A DNA stretch of 63,184 nucleotides, filler included, from 12 parts of 12 records of this genome joined end to end with filler, not necessarily neighbours in it; one strand, 5' to 3'; counted from the first letter of the whole stretch, positions 34,450 through 45,844 are shown. Notes: generated from the sequence alone by a model not told the origin. A program made the numbers and translations.

Positions 34450-35947
34450 GCCCATATTCGGAATAGGATTCAAGGTAGGCCGTCTGGATCTCTTTGCCGA
34501 TAAACTCGGCATATTTCGGGATCAGATAACCTTTCAGGAACTCCAGATAGCGTTCTGCCTGCTCTTGTGGGAACTGCTCGCGCTCAATCTGCTGTTCCAG
34601 GACGTAGAACAGATGGACCGGGTTTGCTGCCACTTCTACATGATCGAAGTTGAACACGCGGGAGAGGATCTTAAACGCAAAACGCGTCGACAGACCGTTC
34701 ATCCCTTCATCGACACCGGCGTAGTCACGATATTCCTGATACGACTTGGCTTTGGGATCGGTGTCTTTCAGACTTTCGCCATCATAAACCCGCATCTTTG
34801 AATAAATGCTGGAGTTTTCTGGCTCTTTCAGGCGCGAAAGAATGGAAAAACGTGACAGTGTTTCGAGCGTGCCAGGGGCGCATGGGGCGTGAGTCAATTC
34901 ACTGTGATTAAGCAATTTCTCGTAGATTTTGATCTCTTCGGAAATGCGCAAGCAATACGGCACCTTCACGATGTAAACACGATCGAGGAAGGCTTCGTTG
35001 TTTTTGTTATTACGGAAAGTGACCCATTCGGACTCGTTCGAGTGTGCGAGAATAATCCCGTTGAACGGCAGGGCGGAGATACCTTCCGTCCCGTTGTAGT
35101 TACCTTCCTGAGTGGCGGTTAACAAGGGATGCAGCACTTTAATCGGTGCTTTAAACATCTCAACGAATTCCATGATCCCCTGATTGGCGCGGCACAGCGC
35201 ACCGGAATAGCCGTAGGCGTCCGGGTCATTCTGCGCGTAGTGTTCGAGTTTACGAATATCGACTTTCCCAACCAGCGCGGAGATGTCCTGGTTGTTCTCA
35301 TCGCCGGGTTCCGTTTTGGCGATAGCAATTTGTTGCAGAATTGACGGCCAGACCTTCACTACCCGGAACTTAGTGATATCGCCACCAAATTCATGCAGGC
35401 GTTTTGCCGCCCACGGCGACATGATGGTGCCGAGATAACGGCGAGGAATGCCATACTCTTTTTCCAGAATCTGCGCATCTTCCTGCGGATTGAAAAGACA
35501 GAACGGATGATCGTTGACCGGGCTACGCTCACCGTTCGCGCTCAATACATAAATCGGTACGAGCTGCATTAATGATTTCAGTCGCTCAGCAAGCGATGAT
35601 TTACCCCCACCCACAGGCCCCAGCAGATACAGGATTTGTTTCTTCTCTTCCAGCCCCTGAGCCGCGTGTTTCAGATAAGAGACAATCTGTTCAATCGCGT
35701 CTTCCATGCCGTAAAACTCTTCAAACGCCGGATAACGTGCAATGACCCGGTTAGAAAAGAGTCGAGAAAGTCTGGGTTCCTGGGCTGTATCGACCATGAC
35801 AGGCTCACCGATAGCCATCAATAGCCGCTCAGCCGCGTTGGCATAAGCACTGCGATCTTGCCGACAAGTGGTAAGAAACTCCTGCAGTGTGAACTCTTCG
35901 TCCTTGGCAGCTTCATATCGCTGGCGATAGTGATCGAATATATTCAT
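34450..35947 (-). CDS. yeaG: PrkA-family AAA+ serine kinase (3' partial)
   Basis: GPVGGGKS Walker A; recognised sequence. Confidence 0.96.
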
Positions 35948-36050
35948 GGTATGCCGTCCTTTCGTTTTTTAGCACAGGTTAAGAGCCGTTCATATGAATA
36001 GTAGAGGCTCCCGGAAGAGGTAAACTGAACGACGTCTCTTGCTAAAACAC

Positions 36051-36066
36051 AGCAACTCTCATGCCA
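36051..36066 (-). promoter_or_regulatory. Sigma54 -24/-12 promoter of yeaG
   Basis: TGGCATGAGAGTTGCT (GG-N10-GC) on the minus strand. Confidence 0.75.
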
Positions 36067-36382
36067 TTTTATCGACGATGAGAACAACGTGCCCGGTGAT
36101 ACACCTTCAAAATTAAGCGTAGATGGCAAATGGAAAACTTGCCTGCACGGCTTTCTTAATTTCAATGGCATATCAACAACTCATCCATAAATTTTGCATA
36201 ATTAATGTAAAGACCAGGCTCGCCAGTAACGCTAAATTCATTTGGCTGTAAGCGCGGTGTCATCCGCGTCAGGAAAATTAAACAGTTACTTTAAAAAATG
36301 AAAACGTAAAAAGGTTGGGTTTCGATGTATTGACGGGTAAACTTTGTCGCCCGCTAAACATTTGTTTAAGGAATGATTAATT

Positions 36383-37129
36383 GTGACCAAACTCAAACTT
36401 CTGGCACTTGGAGTGCTTATCGCAACGTCTGCAGACGTAGCGCACGCTGAAGGTAAATTTTCCCTGGGCGCAGGCGTAGGTGTCGTTGAACACCCATATA
36501 AAGATTACGATACCGATGTTTACCCAGTACCGGTAATCAACTATGAAGGCGATAACTTCTGGTTCCGTGGCTTAGGTGGTGGTTACTACCTGTGGAATGA
36601 CGCAACGGATAAACTTTCAATTACCGCTTACTGGTCGCCGCTTTACTTCAAAGCGAAAGACAGTGGCGATCACCAAATGCGTCACCTGGATGACCGTAAG
36701 AGCACCATGATGGCTGGTCTGTCTTATGCTCACTTTACCCAGTACGGTTACCTGCGTACCACCCTGGCTGGCGATACCCTGGATAACAGCAACGGCATCG
36801 TCTGGGATATGGCCTGGTTGTATCGTTACACCAACGGTGGCCTGACCGTGACTCCGGGTATTGGTGTGCAGTGGAACAGCGAAAACCAGAACGAATACTA
36901 TTATGGCGTATCGCGCAAAGAGTCCGCTCGCAGCGGTCTGCGTGGCTATAACCCGAACGACAGCTGGAGCCCTTACCTGGAGCTGAGCGCCAGCTACAAC
37001 TTCCTCGGCGACTGGAGTGTTTACGGTACCGCACGCTACACCCGTCTGTCTGATGAAGTTACTGACAGCCCGATGGTGGATAAATCCTGGACTGGCCTGA
37101 TTTCTACCGGGATCACCTACAAATTCTGA
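36383..37129 (+). CDS. mipA: MltA-interacting outer membrane protein
   Basis: Signal peptide, beta-barrel with terminal Phe; synteny. Confidence 0.96.
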   Translation: MTKLKLLALGVLIATSADVAHAEGKFSLGAGVGVVEHPYKDYDTDVYPVPVINYEGDNFWFRGLGGGYYLWNDATDKLSITAYWSPLYFKAKDSGDHQMRHLDDRKSTMMAGLSYAHFTQYGYLRTTLAGDTLDNSNGIVWDMAWLYRYTNGGLTVTPGIGVQWNSENQNEYYYGVSRKESARSGLRGYNPNDSWSPYLELSASYNFLGDWSVYGTARYTRLSDEVTDSPMVDKSWTGLISTGITYKF

Positions 37130-37218
37130 TAATGCATCTTTCCAGGGCATTTTGTGCATAAAAACAGGGCGTCACGCCCTGTTTTGCATTACGGTGGTGC
37201 AATACCTGGGAGGAAACA

Positions 37219-37613
37219 ATGCAACAAAAAATGATTCAATTTAGTGGCGATGTCTCACTGCCAGCCGTAGGGCAGGGAACATGGTATATGGGCGAAGATG
37301 CCAGTCAGCGCAAAACAGAAGTTGCTGCACTACGCGCGGGCATTGAACTCGGTTTAACCCTCATTGATACCGCCGAAATGTATGCCGATGGCGGTGCCGA
37401 AAAGGTGGTTGGGGAAGCATTAACCGGTCTGCGAGAGAAGGTCTTTCTCGTCTCTAAAGTCTATCCGTGGAATGCTGGCGGGCAAAAAGCGATAAATGCA
37501 TGCGAAGCCAGTTTACGCCGTCTCAATACTGATTATCTCGATCTTTACTTATTACACTGGTCTGGCAGTTTCGCTTTTGAAGAGACTGTCGCAGCGATGG
37601 AAAATTGATCGCC
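37219..37613 (+). CDS. yeaE: Aldo-keto reductase YeaE (3' partial; early stop probably a homopolymer error at the contig end)
   Basis: GQGTW, IDTAEMY and DLYLLHW motifs. Confidence 0.9.
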
Positions 37614-37713
37614 NNNNNNNNNNNNNNNNNNNNNNNNNNNNNNNNNNNNNNNNNNNNTTAATTAATTAANNNNNNNNNNNNNNNNNNNNNNNNNNNNNNN
37701 NNNNNNNNNNNNN
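37614..37713. other. Artificial contig spacer (E. coli to eukaryote switch)
   Basis: N44-TTAATTAATTAA-N44. Confidence 0.99.
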
Positions 37714-38822
37714 GGGCGGGGCGGGCGGCCAGAGCGTTAACAAGACGGGTGTGTTGCGTGGTGTTGTGTTGTAGGTGTGTTGACTGGGTAGTGTTGCAAG
37801 TGTGTTGCAAGTGTGTTGCTGTGTTGTGTTGTGACGAGTTGCTGTGTTGTGGTATGGAATACAAGCTTGCTGGATGATTGGATTCGGTTACGCTGTGTCA
37901 CGTGCAGGACTCATCTAGTGCGAATGCGCGTTTGTGCTTGTATGTGTGTGCATGTGTCTGCGTATGTGTGTGTGCCTGTGTTTTTGGATGAACAGAGAGT
38001 GCGGTACGGCTGACGCACGTGCCTACGGGCCTTGTGGTCATCTGTCAGGATCAACGCTCGCAACATCAGGTACGTGTGTGTTGTTATCTATTCCGTCTTG
38101 TCTATGTATGCGTGCTCTGGGTATGGAGGGACGATGTTCTGTTGCGTATATCTGTGCTGTACACGCGTGAGTGTTTGTCTCTGTGTCCATGCTGTTCTTT
38201 GTGATAACCGCGTTCTCCTTACCCTCTCGCTATGCCCTGATGATGCGTATGACATCTGACTGTTGTTTATTTTCTCAGAACCGTGCACGGGCCATGAAGG
38301 TGCTGCGATCTCGTCTGTACGACCGACGAAGGGAAGAGGAACGCGCGGCACGAGACTCCACACGCACAGCGCAGGTATGTAATACTGTGCTTCATCGTGC
38401 GGTTTGCTAGCTTCATCATGGGTTGTTGTTTTATCGATACCAAAGATGTGGACTGCGAGCATGATGTGAAAGTACGACTTAAAGTGTGCTTGTATGTGTA
38501 TCTGTGTATGTTATGTCTGTGTGTGGGTGCGCGTACAATGCGTGCGTATATATATGCTATGCGGTTACACAACTCCTCATCATTTTGCTCCTCTCCGGCC
38601 CTGTCCCTTTGCGGTGCTGTATAGATCGGTACGGGCAATCGGAACGAGCGAATCCGCACCTACAACTACCCGCAGTCTCGCGTGACCGATCACCGCATCG
38701 GCTACACATCGCATGATCTGCATGCGGTAATGAACGGGGAGGCGCTGGACGAGTTTATGGACCGTCTGCTTGTGCACGCGCAACAGCAGCTGCTGGATCA
38801 GATGGAACGCGGCGAAGCATGA
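37714..38822 (+). CDS. Eukaryotic spliced gene: bacterial-type (organellar, probably mitochondrial) peptide chain release factor 1, 3' part. Exons 37714-37748, 37996-38069, 38279-38374, 38625-38822
   Basis: GT-AG joins give [41 protein letters not shown]...[20 protein letters not shown]: the GGQ motif and RF1 C-terminal signatures, all in frame. Confidence 0.92.
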
Positions 38823-39545
38823 GTGACCTGTCTCGTATTTATATTGATTGACTCATCATTATGTGAGAAGGATATCTTCTTTTGTTGCGTTGCGCGCGCA
38901 AGTGCATGCTCCACCCACTGTTCCCATTGAGAAGGCGTTCTCAGCGCGGAGGCACGTGCCAGGGTGGCCTGCGGTTCATGTACTGGCAGGGTCCGTGATC
39001 TTATGTGCGATGTGACTCGTGATCGTGTGTGATGTGCGAACGATGAGTTGGGTGCCCTACCATGCGCTGTAACGGGATTCCTCCGTATTGTCGGCGTCGT
39101 GCGACTGAACTCTGGTTTCTATTTTATACTGCACTGTCTGCTATTTATCTGTACCGAAATGTTCGGTCTTATCATATATACATGCCGATATGGGTGACCG
39201 TGACCATCAGATGTGTGGCGTGATTGTCTGTTGAGACTTGTCAGTATATTGCTTACATTATTAAAGAGACGATGGTTATATGTGCGCTGTCATGGCGGCA
39301 GTTAAAGTACTGTGTCGCTTCTCAGTGTAACTATGTACACGCGCTTCGCAAATGCCGGGATGGCGAGAGTACGGACACCGTACCCAACTGTAGCTGCTCA
39401 TGATGGATCGTCGTGCCGCTCTCTGTGTTTTATTGCCTGCAAACAATAGCTACCCATCTGACTCATCTATGCGTTGATGTATGAATAATGACAGGAGTCA
39501 CATGAAGGCCGGGCTGCGTAATTTATCGATATGTGCATGAATGAA

Positions 39546-40217
39546 CTATAAATCCCGGAAACACGCAAGCAACGCTTCATTCCTTCGCAACGCGCAGGCG
39601 GGCCAGCACACCAGCGGTGGCGCGGACGCTTCGTTTGCTGCGGGATGGGCGTACGATCGTCTGACAGGGCGCAAGCGGATTGTCACCCCTACATAAGCCG
39701 GAACCGAGTGAGTATTGCATGCAAGCGCGAGGCTCCCCAACCACCATCACTACGTTACGCACCGCCGCAACTTGTGTTGCTGCTCCATAAACACAGCGTT
39801 GAGAGCCGCAGCTTCGTCGGTTCCGAGCACTGGATTAGTGATGGCAGCCGCTTCGCGGATCACCATGTTCATCTCGAACGTGAGGCTACATATGACAGCC
39901 GCGCACGTCAGCCAAACAGTAGCCGCGGACTAAGGCGCGGACTAAGCCGCCAGCTAAACGCAGCCGGGATAGGAGTGCGCGCAACGAGACACGCACCGGA
40001 CCGGACCCTCCGTCGGAAGCGATATGCTCGGGTTGCGCGCCGCATCCGCAAACAGTTTGTTGCCATCTCGCAGATATTTACACTGCTGTACCGCTTGTTC
40101 GTACGGATCAGTTGAGGTGAGAGCTGCGATGTTTTCCATGCGCTCCGCCAGCGAGAAATACTTTTGACCCAGCACTTCCATGTGCCGTGTGGCTTCACTC
40201 CTGTCGTCTGCCATCAT
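39546..40217 (-). CDS. Eukaryotic spliced hypothetical protein. Exons about 40217-39997, 39885-39763, 39660-39546; 5' end unresolved
   Basis: Two GT-AG introns keep the frame (phase 2-2); no family recognised. Confidence 0.45.
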
Positions 40218-40915
40218 GTATCTCCAAGCACAGTACGGTACGTAAACAGAACTATATTCGTTCCCAGTTCTCTCTGTTACCAAATCTGACAGCCAGGCTG
40301 GCCCCAATGAGTTTGGATTCTACATATGTAATAATAGGAGCCAATATCGGATAGTTCGCTCCTGGGATTTCTCGGGGTCAGCAACCTGGAGGATTCCTTA
40401 CGTAAGAAGTGCTCTGGCAGGAACCAGAACCGCCTCAACGGGAAGAACGACTCCCGGGACACGCAACACCCCACGTATGGGCCGGAGTAAGAGTGTGCCT
40501 CAGCTCACCCAAGGACAAGGTAACGGATACGTGCATATGTAGCGGAGGAGGTGTGTCATCGCTTACCAATAAAGTCGATGACACAGGGGGCTCTCAAATG
40601 AACCCAGGGGTTGGAGTGGTGCAGTGGAAAACGAGCGTTCGTTGAAGCGTGATCGTTAGCAAGGCGTACGGATGCACGTGGTGTGCCTCATGGTTGTCTC
40701 TATTGCCTGTTGCTATTCAGTCGTTCGGTAACACATTACCTCTTAGCATTACCACCTTCTCCAAAGTAATCCGCTTATGGATACTAACCCTTCTCACAGG
40801 TCTATCGCGGCTATCTTCCGAGAACGATGGTTATACGTGGGCCCTCACACCATCTGTTAAAACACAGACCGGGGCCGCGTTCTTAAATATGTATACTCTG
40901 TTTGCAAACAATCTT

Positions 40916-41074
40916 CTAATACCCGGATGGCGGAGGTACAGACTCCAACTGTTGCTGTTTCTGCCGAATTGCGTTGCCGCTCTCTGTGACTTGCGTCTGC
41001 AGGCTGGATACTGTCTGATCGATCCATTGCAGCGATGTCAGATGTGCGTTCAGGATGGCTTCGATCTGGCTCAT
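40916..41074 (-). CDS. Last exon of a nucleoporin Nup62/Nsp1-like gene
   Basis: After a TGCAG acceptor: MSQIEAILNAHLTSLQWIDQTVSSLQTQV, resembling the Nup62 C-terminal ILNAHMDSLQWIDQ coiled coil. Confidence 0.78.
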   Translation of the reverse strand: MSQIEAILNAHLTSLQWIDQTVSSLQTQVTESGNAIRQKQQQLESVPPPSGY

Positions 41075-41116
41075 CTGCAACACCAGACGAATGAATATGA
41101 TGAGCATCAATAACAA

Positions 41117-41216
41117 NNNNNNNNNNNNNNNNNNNNNNNNNNNNNNNNNNNNNNNNNNNNTTAATTAATTAANNNNNNNNNNNNNNNNNNNNNNNNNNNN
41201 NNNNNNNNNNNNNNNN
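41117..41216. other. Artificial contig spacer
   Basis: N44-TTAATTAATTAA-N44. Confidence 0.99.
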
Positions 41217-41535
41217 ACAACAACAACAACAACAACAACAACAGCCGCAGCCGCAGCCGATGTACTCGTCCCCACTGCCGCAACAGCAGCCACCACCACA
41301 GGCACAACAGGGGATGTACGCACAACCACAACAACCACCACAACCACAGCAACAATATGCACAATCACAATCGCAGTCTCTACAACAACAACAACAGCCA
41401 CAACAACAACAGCCACAACAACAGCCACAAGGAGGGGGTCCTACGTTACCGGCGTGGATGCTGGTGCAACGAAACTACCCCAAACACAGGCGCGGAAAGC
41501 TGCTTTCCGATGTCAAAACCGAGTCGGGTAACTGA
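41217..41535 (+). CDS. 3' end of a eukaryotic Gln/Pro-rich low-complexity protein
   Basis: (CAA)n start; open frame QQQ...PQQQQP...GGGPTLPAWMLVQRNYPKHRRGKLLSDVKTESGN*. Confidence 0.6.
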
Positions 41536-43065
41536 CCACTCTCTTGACTGAGATTCTACTCTTATCGTGTTGGGTGCAATTTGTGCGGTTTGTGTGTGGT
41601 ATATATGACTTTGGAGCTAGCGTGAGCTTTGTATTATTGTATACCGTGCGATGGAGTGAGTACACGGCTCGTAGTATGGTTCTCACATTCTGTGTGCTGT
41701 AGAGGACTGTTGCTCTATCGTGTGTGATCGTTCTTTTGTGAGATTGTGTTTGTGAGCCTCCGTATTAATTGCGTTTAGTGTGGTACAATCTGTTATGATG
41801 TGCACGTTATTAGCGACGACGTAGATTGCTGTGTGTTCTCTTTGCTGATGCGAGTGCTGTGAGTGACCGAGTAGTGAGTGACTTGGCATGTGGGTGAGTT
41901 TGAACGATGTGTGTCTGTGTGTGTGTATTGTTGTGTTTTACGCTACGATGTGTGCGGCAGGCATCTATAACCGTACGTCGTGGATGTTTTGCAGTTCGTG
42001 TATTCTAACGGGGATTATAACGCGTGCGCGCGTATAACCACAGTGGAATCGTTCCTCTCTTTCATTTTGTTTAATTTCCTTTCGGATTTCTCATTGCATT
42101 TGAGGTGTTTCTTCCTGTGTGTATATAAACTGTTTGTTTCGAATGTGGTTTTGTTTTCACTCAGTGGTCGACCTTGCAGTGTCTATCGCTGCATCAGCCG
42201 CGCCTGTTGTACTCTCAATGTGCTCCACTGTCCAGTAGTATATGCGTGCGAAGGGTACAATGCAGTGCGTGCGTGCGTGTGTGCACGTACAAGAACTGCT
42301 CGTTCATCCCTTTGCCTGTGTTGTGCAACCCGTTTTCAACTGATTGTCATTGTTTTATGCAGCTGTGATGTTTGCACTCAAAAGTCACCCTCGGAGCATC
42401 AGCTTGCGCACTGTGCACATGGTGAGATCTACATCTCGAAGTGGTGGATTGAGGTCACCAACCGCATTCATTTCTCGAGTTGTACGCACCCAACATTGCC
42501 AACAATAGTTGACACTTGAAAGTAACAGACTGTTGGATTATTCGAAAGATGATGAGAATTCTCATATCGATCATTCGCCCCAGCGTCACAGTCCTGTATG
42601 GTTTTCGCATTGCAGACAATCACACAAACACTGTTTGAGTCAGTGTGACTGTGACGAGGTGGCACAAAAGTATTGGCAATGTTTAGTACTGCTGATGATC
42701 AGTGGCAAGATCACTGTGCAGGAAGCAACAGGTCAGGGGTTCAACATATCGTGCTTGAATATGCACACGACAGTTCATGCAGCAACACAAGTGCACGTGA
42801 GGCAGCAACAGCGCGCAAGAGTGTGTTGTGGTGAGTGTTAGCGCGTGTTGTACGAACAAACAGACCGTTACTCTGAGAAGGGTTGACAGCTGCCCGATAT
42901 GGAAGTTGTCACGCCCGAGATCGCAATCTGGTGCTCCCGGATAGTTGACACAGCGGGAGATTGACTATCTCGCGCAGCGCATAAAAGCAGCGCTGCGCCC
43001 CGCTGCTTTTCATCATTCTCGTGCTGTGGTGGACGCTGTCTCAGTGTTCTCTTTCCTGTACGACT

Positions 43066-45554
43066 ATGAGGTCCGCTTCCCGCACGTTCTTTGTTCTGTT
43101 TTCGCTTGTTTTTCTGGCTGCCATTGGCGCCATCTGTGCGGCTGATGTCGAAGCCGAGTCCGCCTCTCTGAACGCAATTTTCAATGCTGCTCCGGAGTCA
43201 TTCTCCGACGCCCATTTCGAAGCGCTGGAGGAGCCTGATCTCACATCGCAAGATGAGAGCTCCACCGATCGATCGCTCCTGCAGTCTGTGACATCCAAGT
43301 GGTGGCTCCCTCCCGCTACAATCAGCTGGGACTACCAGATCGGCGGACTCAACACCGCCGCCGCCGCGACCGTCATCGACCTCGATCTGGAGGACACCCC
43401 CAAATCGACCATCGATACGCTCAAGGCGCGAGGCAAGAAGATTGTGTGCTATTTCAGCGGAGGCTCGTTTGAGGACTGGCGTGCGGATGCGAACAAGTTC
43501 CCCGCCGCCATCAAGGGACGCACATTGAGCGGCTGGCCCGGAGAGCGCTGGTTGAACATCAACAACTACGCGACGAGCGGCCTCGGCGCCATCATGAAGG
43601 CCCGTCTCGATATGGCGAAGGCGAAGGGGTGCGATTGCGTCGAGCCTGACAACGTCGATGGCTACACGCAGCGCAGTGGCTTCAAGATCTCCTACGCCAC
43701 TCAGATTGCGTACAACAAGTTCCTTGCGGCCGAAGCTCACAAGCGCGGCCTGTGCATTGCGCTCAAGAACAGCGTCGAGCAGGTGAAAGATCTGGTCAAT
43801 CACTTTGACTTTGCCGTGAACGAGCAGTGCAACGTGTACGGCGAATGCGCCGAGTACGCCCCATTCAAGGTATGTTTCGTGGACTCCTACGGTTGTAATC
43901 TGATGGCTCATCCCCCGGATGTAGGCTGCCAAGAAAGCTATTCTCGGTGTGAGCTATTGCGAGGACGGCAGCAAGTGGTGCACTCCCTCTCTCGTGTGCC
44001 CTGCCATGCGCAAAGCCGGCCTCAACTGGGTACGTTGCTGTTCTCAAGATTGTGTCGAGGTCGGTATTTGTTACACTGCATTGCGTACCTGTATCTCTGT
44101 GTCTATATCTGTGTCTCGGCGTTCGTGTGTGTGTCTCTGTCTCTCTCGCTGATCTTCTTCCGCCTGCAGATCATCAAGAAGCTCAGCCTCGGCAAGGCCC
44201 CCTACTTCAACTGCAACGCCTACTCCACTGTCAGCCCTGCTGCGGGTCAGACTAGCGGCGTATGCCCAACATTTACCCAGCGCCGTCTGCGCAACGCCGA
44301 GTCCGACCCCGTCACCACCGAGGCACCCCTGCCAACGCCCGAGCAGCCGACGCTGCCGGTCGAGCCCATGCCGTTCGAAACTCCTCTGGAGACGCCGGTG
44401 ACCACCGAGGAAGCTGCTGCCCCTGCGCCTGTGCCTGCTCCTGAGGCTCCTGTCACACCGCCTGTCACTGAGCCGGTGCCTGCTGAGCCGTCCGTGGAGT
44501 CCCCTGCCCCTGCCCCTGCGCCTGCGCCTGCCCCTGAGGTTCCTGTCACGGAGCCTGTCACCGAGCCGACACCCGCTGAGCCTGCTGTGGAGAACCCTAC
44601 TCCGGCGCCCGCACCTGAGACACCTGCCCCTGAGGCACCTGCGCCCGAAGTGCCTGTCACTGAGCCTGTCACCGAGCCTGTCACCGAGCCGACGCCCGAG
44701 CCCGCGGACCCCGCTGTCGAGGGCGAGCCCCAACCCGAGGGCGAGTTTGTGCCTGTGACCGAGGAGCCTGTGGACGCTGCGCAGGACGGCGACACTGACA
44801 CATTCGAAGAGCCGGCGGTTGAGGACGGAGCCGAGAGCGCAGAGGAGGAAGTGTGGGAAGGCGAGACCGATGAGGAGTTTGAAGTGTGGGAGGGCGATGA
44901 GGACGAAGGTGTGTCCGCGTTGTTGTGTGTATGCCGTTTATTCAGTTCATCTATTCGCGTACTCATGCTGCTACGTGTGTCTGTGTGTTCATGCACCTCT
45001 ATGTGTCCCACCGTCGTATATCACCACCTCCCTGATGATACAGTGCAATCGTATACTCACGTTGTGTTTGTGCAGAGTTTGAAGAGTGGTCCGAATTCCC
45101 TGACATCACAACGGAGGGTACCTTTGAGAACCTGGATGAGGAGCCCCAGCCGGAGGACCAATGTACGTGTTCTTGTTACGCTGCGTGTGGGTGCTTGTTC
45201 GCGTGTGTGTGTGTTTCAGTATGCGTACGTGTCTACACGTGCTCTCGTTCTCGCTATGATTTTGTTGCGGGTCTACCTATGAAAATCTTAGCGCAGGCTC
45301 CGTGTATGTGACACTCATCTCACTCACGTGCATGCAGTTGAGGAGGAAGTGTGGGAGGGTGATGATGATGACAACGAGTGGGAGGAGGACTTCTACTTTG
45401 ATGAGGAGCTGGCCCAGGACGGCGCCATCGTCGGCCATCAGGAGGAAGATGTCACTGAGCCGGAGACTGACAAGCAGTTCGATGTGATCGAGCCTGCTGC
45501 CCCCGCCGACCCTGCCGTCGAGACCCCCGCTACGGACGCACCTGCCGCCCCCGA
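43066..45554 (+). CDS. Eukaryotic secreted GH114 endo-alpha-1,4-polygalactosaminidase-like protein with P/T/E/A stalk and acidic tail (3' partial). Exons 43066-43869, 43925-44029, 44170-44908, 45076-45162, 45338-45554
   Basis: Signal peptide; WDYQI, VCYFSGGSFEDWRAD, WPGERWL, VEPDNVDG, LKN and VNEQC GH114 motifs; four GT-AG introns keep the frame. Confidence 0.9.
44308..44770 (+). repeat. Coding repeats PVTE/PAPE (including tandem CCTGTCACYGAG at 44653-44688)
   Basis: Seen directly in exon 3 of the GH114 gene. Confidence 0.85.
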
Positions 45555-45654
45555 NNNNNNNNNNNNNNNNNNNNNNNNNNNNNNNNNNNNNNNNNNNNTT
45601 AATTAATTAANNNNNNNNNNNNNNNNNNNNNNNNNNNNNNNNNNNNNNNNNNNN
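45555..45654. other. Artificial contig spacer
   Basis: N44-TTAATTAATTAA-N44. Confidence 0.99.
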
Positions 45655-45682
45655 GCGGGTTCGAGTCCCGTCCGTTCCGCCA
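45655..45682 (+). tRNA. aspU: tRNA-Asp 3' end (distal gene of rrnH)
   Basis: GCGGGTTCGAGTCCCGTCCGTTCCGCCA (T arm, acceptor strand, CCA); followed by dkgB. Confidence 0.9.
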
Positions 45683-45692
45683 CTTATTAAGA

Positions 45693-45723
45693 AGCCTCGA
45701 GTTAACGCTCGAGGTTTTTTTTC
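45693..45723 (+). terminator. Intrinsic terminator after aspU
   Basis: CCTCGAG-TTAACG-CTCGAGG followed by a T8 run. Confidence 0.88.
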
Positions 45724-45844
45724 GTCTGTATATCTATTATTGCCAGAATCGCAAAAATCCTCTGCATTTTACGCTCTTTTTCCTCAACAGTCTGAAGCCC
45801 ATAATCACCTCAGTTAACGAAAATAGCATTAAAAGAGGCATATT

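Noticed and set aside
37595..37613. Premature stop in yeaE
   Set aside because: Explained by one missing A in a homopolymer a few bases from the contig end
40277..40474. MGCC N-terminus suggesting a myristoylated LAMTOR1-like protein
   Set aside because: The first codon is GTG rather than ATG in a eukaryotic contig, and there is no downstream similarity
41600..42950. Several 60-180 aa ORFs in the eukaryotic intergenic region
   Set aside because: TG-rich low-complexity translations with no coherent exon chain; no ncRNA structure I can support
43021..45282. 753-aa single ORF in the track taken as the GH114 protein
   Set aside because: It reads through introns (Cys/Val-rich junk from TG repeats) and takes exon 2 in the wrong frame; the spliced model is better
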